A stretch of 64,000 bases of DNA from Bacteriovoracia bacterium. Lineage in GTDB: Bacteria > Bdellovibrionota > UBA1018 > CAIPTA01. This document shows, one piece after another, positions 32,133-41,492 of the stretch. Numbering within the stretch: the first letter of the stretch is position 1; each line of letters opens with the position of its first letter. Position numbers and translations under genes: made by a program. The notes under the pieces were generated by a model. It made no database searches. It was given only the letters and a program-made list of their open reading frames with translations, and was not told the origin of the DNA. The DNA is taken from positions 328,207 to 392,206 of the forward strand of contig JBFWVL010000002.1 in NCBI GenBank assembly GCA_050246755.1, read 5' to 3'.

Positions 32133-32882
32133 ATGCAGAAGCTATCCGTCGTCATTCCCGCGCATAACGAAGAAGGCAGCATCGTTGGCACAGTAACCAG
32201 CCTGGCCGAAGCTCTCGGGGCCGAAGGTATTCCCTACGAAATCTTGGTGGTGAACGATCATTCCACCGATGGTACCGAAGCGAAGCTGCTGGAGCTGGCG
32301 AAAAAATATCCCGGCGTTCGCCACTTGAATAACCGCCCGCCGAACGGCTTCGGCTTCGCCGTGCGCAAGGGCCTAGAAAACTTCCAGGGCGATGTGGTGG
32401 CGGTGTTCATGGCCGATGCTTCCGATAGCCCGGCCGATCTGGTTTTATTTTATCGTACCCTGGAAAAACAGGGCGTGGACTGCGTTTTCGGCAGCCGCTT
32501 CGCCAAGGGTGCGAAGATCATCGATTATCCCTGGCCGAAACTTCTCCTGAACCGCATGGCGAACTTTTTCATCAAAACCCTCTTCGGTTTCCGCTACAAC
32601 GACACCACGAATGCCTTCAAAATGTATCGCCGGGAAGTGATCCTCGGCCTCAAGCCCTTTCTTAGCCATCACTTCAACCTCACGGTAGAGCTTCCGCTGA
32701 AGGCGATCGTGCGCGGATATACGTACGCGGTGGTGCCGAACTCCTGGACGAATCGAAAATCAGGCGTATCGAAATTAAAAATAAAAGAGATGGGCAGTCG
32801 CTATCTCTTCATTGTTCTTTATTGCCTGATCGAAAGGTGGCTCAGTCGTGGTGATTACCGAAAACAGGAAATTTCGGAGTAG
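32133..32882 (+). CDS. GT2 polyprenol-phosphate glycosyltransferase (DPM1-like)
   Basis: VIPAHNEE, VNDHSTD, MADASD, GSRF, DTTNAFK. Confidence 0.88.
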   Translation: MQKLSVVIPAHNEEGSIVGTVTSLAEALGAEGIPYEILVVNDHSTDGTEAKLLELAKKYPGVRHLNNRPPNGFGFAVRKGLENFQGDVVAVFMADASDSPADLVLFYRTLEKQGVDCVFGSRFAKGAKIIDYPWPKLLLNRMANFFIKTLFGFRYNDTTNAFKMYRREVILGLKPFLSHHFNLTVELPLKAIVRGYTYAVVPNSWTNRKSGVSKLKIKEMGSRYLFIVLYCLIERWLSRGDYRKQEISE

Positions 32883-34359
32883 TAGGCTTTCGGCTTTGGT
32901 GGTGGGTATTTTCTCGGCCGCGCTGCTGTATTCCCTCTGGGCCGCCACCGTGGGCTGGAATACCTCGATCATGCAGGAGCATAGCTTTCGCCAAACCCAG
33001 ACCGCTTTCAGTTCCTACATGATTGCGGAAGGGGGGCCCATCTTAAAGTATGAATCCCCGGTGCTCGGCCCCCCATGGTCGATCCCCTTCGAATTCCCCC
33101 TCTATCAAACCATCGTGGCGGTCGTCTACAAAGCCACCGGCTGGAAGCTGGAAAGCGCGGGGAGGGCGGTAGCGAAACTTTTCTTTTATCTTTCCCTGCT
33201 TCCTCTGCTGCTACTCGGCTGGCAGTACGGCCTTCGGGGGGCGGCCCTCCTATTGCCGCTTACTTTGTTTTTGCTGAGTCCCTTATATTTATTTTGGTCC
33301 CGGCAATTCATGATCGAAAGCACCGCTACCTTTTTCGGTCTAGCGTATCTCGCTTCGGCCTATCGCTGGGAAAGTAGCCGCACCAGCCACTGGTGGATCG
33401 CGGCACTCTTTTTCGGATTCACCGCCGCCCTCGTAAAATCTACTTCTTACATATGCTACGCGCTTGCGCTGGGACTGCTCTTTTCCTGGAATACTTGGAC
33501 GGAGAAAAAATTCGATCGCCGCTGGCTGCTGGCCGCGGGCACACTTTTACTAATACCCCTCCTCGCGGGACTAGGATGGGCAAAGTTCACCGACCACGTG
33601 AAAGAAATGAACCCGTTGGCGGGCTTCATCACCTCCGGCGCACTCAGGGAGTGGAACTTCGGCACCCTGGCGCAGCGCTTGAGCGGAGATTTCTGGTATA
33701 AACTTTTCCGCCAAACCATCCACGATTCCATCGGCCACCGCACCGGCTGGCTTCTTTCGGTAGGGCTGGCGCTAGCCTGGGGAAGAAAAGCCACTCTCTA
33801 CTGGATGTTCTCGTTCCTTTTCCTCGTGGCGCCGCTGATTTTTACGAATCTGCATATCATCCATAATTACTACGCCAACGCGAACGGCGTTTTTTTAGTA
33901 TTGGCGATCGCGGTTCTCTGCGCGCAAACCATGCTTTCGGAAAAGAGATGGGCGCAGGTAGCGGGAATCGTTCTTTTCGTTTCGGTAGCGGTATTCAGCG
34001 TTCGCGAATTTATGCGCCAGCCGTATTGGCAGCAACAGATCGTAAATGAAGGCCCCGTAGTACTCGGCGAAAAAGTAGCGGCGGTGGTGCCGCCGGAGAA
34101 AGTACTCCTAATCTATGGCTGGGACTGGGATTCGACGCTTCCTTACTTTGCGCGCCGGCGCAGCATCATGGCGCGCAATGTGGATTGGGAATCTCCAGAG
34201 CTGGCGCGGAGCCTCGCTCTGTTGCAAGCGGAGAATCGCGGCGTGGGCGCGGTCGTCTACTGCGGCGGGAGCGATCAAAACCCCCGTTTTTTTCCCCACC
34301 CTCACGTAGGAAAATTATTGATCCGGCACTTATGCAATGTTTACGAGTGGCGGAACTGA
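32848..34359 (+). CDS. GT-C (ArnT/PMT-like) membrane glycosyltransferase
   Basis: HSFRQTQTA, EFPLYQ, many TM helices, HNYY. Confidence 0.75.
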   Translation: MVITENRKFRSSRLSALVVGIFSAALLYSLWAATVGWNTSIMQEHSFRQTQTAFSSYMIAEGGPILKYESPVLGPPWSIPFEFPLYQTIVAVVYKATGWKLESAGRAVAKLFFYLSLLPLLLLGWQYGLRGAALLLPLTLFLLSPLYLFWSRQFMIESTATFFGLAYLASAYRWESSRTSHWWIAALFFGFTAALVKSTSYICYALALGLLFSWNTWTEKKFDRRWLLAAGTLLLIPLLAGLGWAKFTDHVKEMNPLAGFITSGALREWNFGTLAQRLSGDFWYKLFRQTIHDSIGHRTGWLLSVGLALAWGRKATLYWMFSFLFLVAPLIFTNLHIIHNYYANANGVFLVLAIAVLCAQTMLSEKRWAQVAGIVLFVSVAVFSVREFMRQPYWQQQIVNEGPVVLGEKVAAVVPPEKVLLIYGWDWDSTLPYFARRRSIMARNVDWESPELARSLALLQAENRGVGAVVYCGGSDQNPRFFPHPHVGKLLIRHLCNVYEWRN

Positions 34360-35168
34360 ATCACATTCTTCGTGCGGGCCGCATCGCAGGCTTCATGCAA
34401 AAATTGCATCGCCGCCATTTCCGCACGGCGATGGCGCTGAAGTTTGGGCGTAGCTAAGGCCTCCCGTAAGTCCAAGTAGAGCTTGGCGCTCGCGCGCAAA
34501 GCTTTTTCGCAGCTTTCGGGATCATCCGATTTAGCGAGCGTAGCGCGCAGTTCCGGGAGAATTTCGCTACAGCTTTCTTCCAGGCGGCGCACGCCGTAGG
34601 GCGGCTGCCCGCATTTTTGCAAAAGCAACGGCCCGAGCACGGTACTGCGCAAAAAGGCCACGAAGTTAATCGTCTCAAAAAATTCACCCCGCCCGATTTT
34701 CAGGCCGGCGTAGTGCATCCAGGTCCAGAATCGATCTTCCATCCATTGCAAATCCACGGAAACGGGCTGGGGGTCGGACGCCGCCAAAATATTCGAAAGA
34801 ATATTCTTTCTCTCCCAAAGGATTGCTGGGTTTTCAGCGCGCTGATGAAACTGGCTTTCCGAAACAAATTTAAGATCCACGTGCAGCAAGGGATTTTCGA
34901 ACAGGCAGATGAGCAGGGTAGGCTCGCCCACGTGCTCAGCGGTAAAGGAAGACAAAAGCGTGCCGAGGGAGGAGGCCGTTTCCTTAGCTTGCCGGACGCT
35001 ATCTTTAAAATTTTCATCCCTGACTACCAGCACGAGATCGAGATCGGAAAAAACATCAAGCTTACCGATGGCCCAAGAGCCGGCGGCGGCCACCCCGAGA
35101 ATACGATCGTCTTGCTGCAAAATCGGCAAGGCCTGGTCCACAAATTTTTGATGCGTCGCGGGAATCAT
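34341..35168 (-). CDS. Pol-beta-like nucleotidyltransferase domain protein
   Basis: GSWAIGKLDVFSDLDL, HVDLKF, EDRFWTW; RBS GAGGAG. Confidence 0.8.
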   Translation of the reverse strand: MIPATHQKFVDQALPILQQDDRILGVAAAGSWAIGKLDVFSDLDLVLVVRDENFKDSVRQAKETASSLGTLLSSFTAEHVGEPTLLICLFENPLLHVDLKFVSESQFHQRAENPAILWERKNILSNILAASDPQPVSVDLQWMEDRFWTWMHYAGLKIGRGEFFETINFVAFLRSTVLGPLLLQKCGQPPYGVRRLEESCSEILPELRATLAKSDDPESCEKALRASAKLYLDLREALATPKLQRHRRAEMAAMQFLHEACDAARTKNVIQFRHS

Positions 35169-35358
35169 TATTCTCCTCGGCTGAATTCTACTATCGGGCG
35201 CAAAAAAGCGCCCTGAGTCAAATAGGCGCAATTTTTCCTGGCTCAAATACCTTCGAGTAGGGAGTGAATTGTAGCGAAAAGGTACTTATTTTTATAAATT
35301 TTTTTCGTTTCGCCCCCCGCATTTGCACAAATTGCCCAAGGTAAATACACTAGAACGC

Positions 35359-36513
35359 ATGAAAGCAATCTTCCGTTTTTTAGCCGTGATGGCCGTTATC
35401 TTTGGCGTAGCCATTGTTTGGAAAGCAGATCGCCGCAAACCAATCGATTTACTCTCCCAAACCTCGGGAAATAAGAAAAAGACGGATAGGCCGGAAGAGA
35501 CGATGCAGTTGGCTTTCACGCAGCCTTTCCGCACGCCGATGGTGGAAGGATGGTCGAAAGAAAAATTTCAGGCAGACCTCGAGGAAGCTTTTTCTAATGA
35601 GGATCCCTGTGCCGTGCATGCACTCCTAGCTCAACTCAAAGACGCTCCGCCCGCGCAATTTTGGGCGGCGGGAATGGCTGCTCTTTTGGCCCGGCAGCGC
35701 AACCGCAACCCTTTGCTGGAAGAGCTTTTTGCCTTTGAACAATCTCCGCTTTACGGGAAACCGGCGGAAAATTCTCGAAACCCAGAAACTCGTTTTTTTA
35801 ACTCCTTGCTCTACTCGGGAATGCTTACCCCAGTGGCCAGTCTTGGTCCCAAGCCCGAACGCTACCGAAACTACGATAAAGCCATCGGTGAGCTCCGGGA
35901 ATTGGCTCAGCAAGATCCAGAAAACGGAGCCTACGCCTACTATTTGGCCGAGAGCCTAAAACGCAGCGGCGCCAAGAAAGAGGAAGTGCAAGCGGCATTT
36001 ATTCAGGCAGGCAAAGCGGCCCGTTTCAATACTTATTATCAGACCGCCTACGACACCTTGCTGTCTACATCCTACGACAACGCCGCGGCCTTCACGTGGG
36101 TTTATAGCTTTCTGCCCACCATGGCGGTGCCCGAATTTAATACGCGTTCCCTAAAAAACTGGGCCAGCGAAAACGAAACCGGAAAATGGATCGCGCAAAA
36201 AATCGCCAAAAAACTTTCCGATATCGGCACCGAATATAAGCAGAAAAGCCCGGGTTATTATTATTCCCACGTCGAATACATGGTGGGCCAAAACCTAAAA
36301 CACACGCTCAGCGGCCTAGTAGACAAAGATCGCGAAGAGTTTTTTAAGAAAACCAAAGAAGCCCAAGAATATATTTCGGAACAGCCGGCCGCCGTGACGG
36401 ACGCCGAAACGGCGATTTACATGAGCATGATAGAGGAGCGGCAAAGCTGCAGTACGGAATCTTGGCGCTCGCTGTTCGAAACGTACCGGCAAAAAGCGAA
36501 GGGCCATAGCTAA
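35359..36513 (+). CDS. Hypothetical membrane-anchored protein with TPR-like segment
   Basis: N-terminal TM; AIGELRELAQQDPENGAYAYYLA. Confidence 0.6.
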   Translation: MKAIFRFLAVMAVIFGVAIVWKADRRKPIDLLSQTSGNKKKTDRPEETMQLAFTQPFRTPMVEGWSKEKFQADLEEAFSNEDPCAVHALLAQLKDAPPAQFWAAGMAALLARQRNRNPLLEELFAFEQSPLYGKPAENSRNPETRFFNSLLYSGMLTPVASLGPKPERYRNYDKAIGELRELAQQDPENGAYAYYLAESLKRSGAKKEEVQAAFIQAGKAARFNTYYQTAYDTLLSTSYDNAAAFTWVYSFLPTMAVPEFNTRSLKNWASENETGKWIAQKIAKKLSDIGTEYKQKSPGYYYSHVEYMVGQNLKHTLSGLVDKDREEFFKKTKEAQEYISEQPAAVTDAETAIYMSMIEERQSCSTESWRSLFETYRQKAKGHS

Positions 36514-36791
36514 CCCGCCCTGGATTGCGCTGGCTGAGATTCCGCCCCCGCTACTTCGTATAGATAAAGCTCCCGCATGCCCCGTTCCCCGGGATCGCGG
36601 TATACTAGCAACGTTTCCCGGGAAGAGGTTTCTATCCGGAAGAATTGGCGGTTACCCGCCGATCTTTCCTCGAGCGAAAGAGGCCCATATACTCCCAGCA
36701 TTTGCCACGATCCCAAAGGCGAAGAGAGCCGCGCTCCTTTGCGTTTCAAGGGCACCGCCCCCGAAAGAGACTGGATAAATTCTTTCATCAC
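36510..36791 (-). CDS. Stand-alone ImuB C-terminal-domain-like protein
   Basis: Aligns by eye with the last ~75 aa of ImuB at 45387-46652 (SW..L...GP..L, R.YF..T..E.L.V.R, EL.L). Confidence 0.65.
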   Translation of the reverse strand: MMKEFIQSLSGAVPLKRKGARLSSPLGSWQMLGVYGPLSLEERSAGNRQFFRIETSSRETLLVYRDPGERGMRELYLYEVAGAESQPAQSRAG

Positions 36792-37288
36792 GTGAACCTC
36801 CGGCGTAAAAGTTCCAGGCCATTCTTTCCCGCAAGCAGCTGAACGCTAAACAATGTGGAGGGAGTAGGGCGTTCGCTGATCACTAAGAAAGTTGCGTTGG
36901 TGGCTTTTGCCTGGCGGAGGTAACGGCGCAATTCGCGTTCGTTACTATAGCCCGCACCGAAAACCACGAGCGGGAATAGGCCGGTGGTGAGTACCGCCGA
37001 TGCCGCCCAGGAGGAATCTTGATCGCCATGCACGAAGAGCACGCGCTCAAAATTCAGGCGTATGCACTCGAGCTCGGGCGGCAGGGGAGCCAAGCTACGT
37101 TCGATCCATACCACGGCCTGGTCTGGATTCTGCGCTAGCAAAGCCGCCACTGCGCGCCGGGCGCTAGGCCCGGAAATCTCCACCAGCGCCCCCCGTGGTA
37201 AATCCACGAAGGTCTCCGTTTCAGTTCGGACAAAAGTATCCCGCTGCGCCTCAATAGGCGCAAAATTCTCGTGAAGAGACATATTCAC
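36788..37288 (-). CDS. ImuA-like RecA-fold protein (second copy)
   Basis: LPRGALVEISG, VWIE, WAASAVL..GLFP, ERELRR; similar to 46654-47160. Confidence 0.7.
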   Translation of the reverse strand: MNMSLHENFAPIEAQRDTFVRTETETFVDLPRGALVEISGPSARRAVAALLAQNPDQAVVWIERSLAPLPPELECIRLNFERVLFVHGDQDSSWAASAVLTTGLFPLVVFGAGYSNERELRRYLRQAKATNATFLVISERPTPSTLFSVQLLAGKNGLELLRRRFT

Positions 37289-37316
37289 ATCCTTGTTACG
37301 TATATTTAACTAGGTA

Positions 37317-37916
37317 TCAGTATTTATGATTAAGGTTGCGCAACACTCCGGTGAGTATGCCCTCGATGCGTAATTGCACCGGGGGCATAATCACCAGAGG
37401 AGCGTACTTCGGGTTGGCTGCATGAAGTTCTACTCGGTTCTTTTTGCGCTGTAAGCGCTTAAGAGTGGCCTGGCCTTCTACCGAGGCCACCACGATCGTG
37501 CCGTCGTCGGCATGATCTTGTTTCCGAATCACGGCGTAATCGCCATCGAGAATTCCCGCTTCGATCATCGAATCCCCGGCCACCATCAGGCAGAAATGCT
37601 CGCGGTCGATTTGCACGAAGGAGGAGGGAACCTCCACGAACTCCTGGTGCAGGTGGTATTCGATCGGCTGCCCGGCGGCTACTTTTCCTAAAAGGGGTAA
37701 GTGAATCCCAGATTGCTTCACCGAAACACCACGCTTGGAGTTAGCGTCCATATCGAGGAAGCCAGCATCGCGAAGGCGCTCCACGTATTTCTGCGCCGTG
37801 GATCGGGAGCTGAGGTTGAAGGCATCAGCGATCTCCTGGTAGGAAGGCGAGTAGCCATTCTCCTGAATAAAACGCTGAAGGAACTCGAGAACGTTTTTCT
37901 GTTTGGGAGTGAGCAT
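37317..37916 (-). CDS. lexA: SOS repressor LexA
   Basis: LTPKQ...GYSPSYQEI wHTH, VAAG cleavage site, GDSM, ATLKRL. Confidence 0.95.
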   Translation of the reverse strand: MLTPKQKNVLEFLQRFIQENGYSPSYQEIADAFNLSSRSTAQKYVERLRDAGFLDMDANSKRGVSVKQSGIHLPLLGKVAAGQPIEYHLHQEFVEVPSSFVQIDREHFCLMVAGDSMIEAGILDGDYAVIRKQDHADDGTIVVASVEGQATLKRLQRKKNRVELHAANPKYAPLVIMPPVQLRIEGILTGVLRNLNHKY

Positions 37917-37922
37917 AAAATA

Positions 37923-37973
37923 AAGGTAAGCGTACATTCGTCGTACGTCAAGCGGATAGTACATTTTTCGTGC
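37923..37973 (-). promoter_or_regulatory. lexA promoter with two candidate LexA operators
   Basis: TTGACG(37946-37951)-17-TACCTT(37923-37928); GTAC-N7-GTAC at 37932-37946 and GTAC-N7-GTGC at 37959-37973. Confidence 0.7.
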
Positions 37974-37986
37974 AGCCGATTCCAGG

Positions 37987-38898
37987 TTAAGCGGCTAACC
38001 CATGAAGATAAAACGTTTTCTCAATGGAACGAAGCAGCAAAAGAAGCGATTCCGGGCTCGATTTTTGGGGACTGAGCCAATTTTTTAGCTGCTCCTGTTT
38101 CAAAAAAACTGGGCAGCGATCATGGCCGGCAGCGGCCACCTCGGCCGGCGGATTATCGGTCACCATGGCGAACGAGCTGATGGCCCCATCGTTTCCACTC
38201 GGAGAAACGGAAAAAAGACCGGCGGCCCACATCACCTCGCGATTTTCTGGCGCAAAATAGATTTCTTCTTTTTTGCCGTGCGCGGAAACCCACTCGTAGA
38301 AGCGCTGAAAAGGAAAAATCAGGTGATTCTTTCCGAAAAGGGGGCGCCAAGTTTTAGCGCTCAGGAGCGAATCGTGTCTGGCATTAAATACATTATATTG
38401 ACTAGGAATCTCGCTGCCGTCGGGATTTTGCACCCGAAAGCGCATGGGCCGTAAAAATCGCTTTCCGGCCTCCTCCACGATCACGGGGGCGAAGTAGGAG
38501 GGGAAGATACGATCGTCGAGCGGATCGATTCGATCGAAGGAGGCTCGAATCTTCCCGTCCAATTTCACGATGCGCCGCTGCAGCACGCCGATTTTCTTCG
38601 CGCCCGTGGCGCTAGGCTTTTTGCTCTCCAGCGCGCGCAGCTCGTGCACGGCGGCCCTCAGCGCAATCTCGTTGCGCGACTTCTCTTCGGCGTGAAAAGC
38701 CGAAATAAACGGCGATAGCCTGGCTTCCGCCGGATCCTGGCTCAGCAAAAAATAACGATCCAGCCCGAAGGGCACTCTTAGCTGCGGGCTAGATAGGCGC
38801 TGGCGGAGAAGGCTTTCAAAACTGCTTAGGTCGGTTTGCGCCTGGAACTCTCCGGCTATTTCCTTAAGCGAAGTTTTAATGCGAGTTGAGTAGCACAT
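37987..38898 (-). CDS. SOS response-associated peptidase (SRAP/HMCES family)
   Basis: N-terminal M-C, FNAR..S, FYEW, GHDRCPVFL. Confidence 0.88.
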   Translation of the reverse strand: MCYSTRIKTSLKEIAGEFQAQTDLSSFESLLRQRLSSPQLRVPFGLDRYFLLSQDPAEARLSPFISAFHAEEKSRNEIALRAAVHELRALESKKPSATGAKKIGVLQRRIVKLDGKIRASFDRIDPLDDRIFPSYFAPVIVEEAGKRFLRPMRFRVQNPDGSEIPSQYNVFNARHDSLLSAKTWRPLFGKNHLIFPFQRFYEWVSAHGKKEEIYFAPENREVMWAAGLFSVSPSGNDGAISSFAMVTDNPPAEVAAAGHDRCPVFLKQEQLKNWLSPQKSSPESLLLLLRSIEKTFYLHGLAA

Positions 38899-38944
38899 GC
38901 CCGCGAGAGTAACGCCAATCCGTTTTTTCTGCTATCGTGTTCTG

Positions 38945-39577
38945 GTGGAAATAAAGCGCGATAATGTGATCACCCTGAACAACGCTAAGCTCTCGCGCTT
39001 CCTCGGCCGCGCCGCCGAGTTTCACCGCAACCGCGACTACCAAATTTCTCTGCGCGCCATCGCCGACGCGGGAAAATTGCTGGACGCCCAAAATAGCGAA
39101 GCCCATAAATTTTTAATTTCCTGGGAAGAAGCCATCGAGCGGGAAAGTAGGGGATTGCCCCTTAGCGCCCCGCCCACCTCGTGGGGAAAAATCGCCAGGG
39201 AAATCGGGGCGTGCCTGGAGCGCAATGAAAACTTCGACGACTGCATTCTCCAGCAGACCCACCAGCCCAAGCGCATTCTTCTGCAAAGATATGGCTTCGG
39301 CCTCTTAGGCGCGCTTCTATTTGTCATTGGCTTTACCGCGCTGGCATTCGTTCTTCGGGGTGTTTTTTTCCGCTTCGACAATGGCTACCGCTTGGCCCAG
39401 TTGCCTTTTTTCCGGCAGGGAATCTGGCTTTACTTTCATGCCCTCGCCACCGCCATTTCGGGAGGGGCGCTGGCGGCGCTTGGATTTCGCTGGATTCGTT
39501 TTGCCTGCCATAGCCGCGCCTCCCTAAAACCAAAGATGGAGCTGCGGCCCCTCGAATCAGACCAAAAAAGTTTTTAA
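38945..39577 (+). CDS. Hypothetical membrane protein (2 C-terminal TM)
   Basis: Open ORF with two hydrophobic helices; start uncertain. Confidence 0.45.
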   Translation: MEIKRDNVITLNNAKLSRFLGRAAEFHRNRDYQISLRAIADAGKLLDAQNSEAHKFLISWEEAIERESRGLPLSAPPTSWGKIAREIGACLERNENFDDCILQQTHQPKRILLQRYGFGLLGALLFVIGFTALAFVLRGVFFRFDNGYRLAQLPFFRQGIWLYFHALATAISGGALAALGFRWIRFACHSRASLKPKMELRPLESDQKSF

Positions 39578-39639
39578 AATCTTATCTCCTTTCTGCGCCT
39601 ACACGCTTTCTGGGGGGCATTCTGGGCTACAATTTACCC

Positions 39640-40065
39640 ATGAAGACCCTCCTCTATTTGTTCGTTTTCCTGGCGGGGACTGCCAGGGCCGAACCGGAGC
39701 CGAATTTTCAGTTTTCGTACGTGCCCAACGAAGGCGCGGAAGGGGTAGCGTGCGCCCACGAAAGAATCCGCGATCTTCCCGACTGGCGCGTGGCCTGCCC
39801 ATTTTTCGGGGAAGAAAAACGATTCACCGCCCACGTTCTGCTAAGAAACTTTCCGTCCCAGAAAAAAAGTGCGGTGGAGCTGCTATATTGGGTTACCGAG
39901 GCCGCGGACGCACCGGGATCCTCCCCGAAATTTCACGCTACGAGCGCTCTGCTTAAGCTGAAGGGGGAAACCGCTCTGGATTCCCTCTCGCTGGCCCAGG
40001 GCGTGGAGAACGACTATGCCTCCCTCGTGCTCGACGCCTCACTGGAAGCCAAGGGAAAGAAATAG
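39640..40065 (+). CDS. Secreted hypothetical protein
   Basis: Signal peptide ending ARA; two Cys; ELLYWV. Confidence 0.6.
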   Translation: MKTLLYLFVFLAGTARAEPEPNFQFSYVPNEGAEGVACAHERIRDLPDWRVACPFFGEEKRFTAHVLLRNFPSQKKSAVELLYWVTEAADAPGSSPKFHATSALLKLKGETALDSLSLAQGVENDYASLVLDASLEAKGKK

Positions 40066-40089
40066 GCGCGCTTGGCCGATAAGGAAATC

Positions 40090-40782
40090 ATGAACCTGCA
40101 TAAAATAAAAACGCTTTTAACCCAGATTCTCTGCCTGCAGCTCGCTATCGGAATGGGCACCGGCTACGCGGCCCCCGTGGTGAGCACCCCGCAAGTTGCC
40201 ATTGCCAAAAATGTAGATACCCGCGCCCTCGAAAATGCAAACCCGGAATACGTAAAAACTTTGAGCGAAATGCTAAAGGCCTTGGGGGCTAAAAAAGTAA
40301 CTTGTACCTCGGGGTATCGCTCCCCCGACCAGCAGCGCCGGGCCTGCGTAAGAATTTGCGGAAACCCGAACGGATGCCCGAACCTCTGCGCACGTCCCGG
40401 AAGATCCCAGCACCAACAAACGACCATTGCCACTTGTGATCTAGTGGGACTCACGAACGGATGCCATGAGCTGAAGCGCCTGTGCGATGAAAAATATAAC
40501 GGAAAATGCGGAATTGGCGGCTACGCGGGCGGGGGTTATCACTTCGGCGTGAACGACACCCGTTTTTCCGCCTGGAACAAATGCGCCGGTCTTCCGAGAA
40601 ATAAGAGCAACTATGGCCCTGATTTTCGCGCCCCGGCCGATCCAAGCCCCGGTTCCCTCACTGGTACCGAGCTGATCGCCGACGAAGCCTCCAAGAGCCA
40701 CGAGATCATCATCATCGCGGCCATTGCCGCCCTCGGTGTAGGCGGAGCCTTGCTCTACCAAAAAATGAGGAATAAAAAGTGA
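40090..40782 (+). CDS. Secreted Cys-rich M15-type Zn peptidase with C-terminal TM anchor (cassette 1, gene A)
   Basis: SGYRSPDQQ, ARPGRSQH-x8-D, GYHF; 10 Cys in the mature part; hydrophobic and basic tail. Confidence 0.65.
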   Translation: MNLHKIKTLLTQILCLQLAIGMGTGYAAPVVSTPQVAIAKNVDTRALENANPEYVKTLSEMLKALGAKKVTCTSGYRSPDQQRRACVRICGNPNGCPNLCARPGRSQHQQTTIATCDLVGLTNGCHELKRLCDEKYNGKCGIGGYAGGGYHFGVNDTRFSAWNKCAGLPRNKSNYGPDFRAPADPSPGSLTGTELIADEASKSHEIIIIAAIAALGVGGALLYQKMRNKK

Positions 40783-41492
40783 AGTCCTTACCCAAATTCA
40801 TCCCCTTCGCGGTTGGCGCTTTCTTGATTTCCAGCGGCGCCCAGGCGGCCGCGCCGTTTTGCCTGCCCTTTGCGGCGCTAAAAATAAATGCCACGAATTG
40901 CGACGATAACTTCGCCCTCGGCAAGCAGGCGGACAATTGCCTTTCGCTTTTCACCACGGCGCTGAGCAATAACCGCGCGCAGATCGACAAAATCTTGAAA
41001 GCGGAGGCCGCCAAAGGCAGCTCCGGGCAAAATATCACCTATAAAACTACCGGATCCATTTTCGCCCAAACCCTTCAGGAGCTGGACCATCTAATTGCCA
41101 GCGGAGAACAGGCCAAGTTTGCGGTAAAAACCTATTCGGATAACCTTTCGCTTCCCGAAGATTATGATCAGCCGGCTCTAACCGGAATGAGCACCGAGAA
41201 ATACCTTTCGGTAGAACCTTGCTACGCCACTCCCTTTCGCATGGTGAGCGAAGACAGCGCCGTGCTCAGCCTCATGGTGGAAGACCTCAAGAAGGCCAAG
41301 AGCGAAGTGCTCGCCAAGAGCGGACTGAACCAAGTCAACTTAGGGCAAGTGGAATCCAGCAGCGACACTAAGGTGCTGAAGGGCAAGCCCGTTGCCCCAA
41401 CGGGACTTCCGAAAGAATCGGCGGTAAAAAATCGCGATTCCGACGTGACGGGTATTCTGGAAGATCAGAAGAAGCGCGAAGAGAAAAAATAG
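40779..41492 (+). CDS. Secreted partner protein (cassette 1, gene B)
   Basis: Signal peptide; C-x12-C-x12-C; EPCY; NRDSDVTG...KK; start overlaps the gene A stop. Confidence 0.75.
   Translation: MKSLPKFIPFAVGAFLISSGAQAAAPFCLPFAALKINATNCDDNFALGKQADNCLSLFTTALSNNRAQIDKILKAEAAKGSSGQNITYKTTGSIFAQTLQELDHLIASGEQAKFAVKTYSDNLSLPEDYDQPALTGMSTEKYLSVEPCYATPFRMVSEDSAVLSLMVEDLKKAKSEVLAKSGLNQVNLGQVESSSDTKVLKGKPVAPTGLPKESAVKNRDSDVTGILEDQKKREEKK

Noticed and set aside
38899-38960. LexA box upstream of SRAP (also checked upstream of alkA)
   Set aside because: No GTAC-N7-GTRC found by eye
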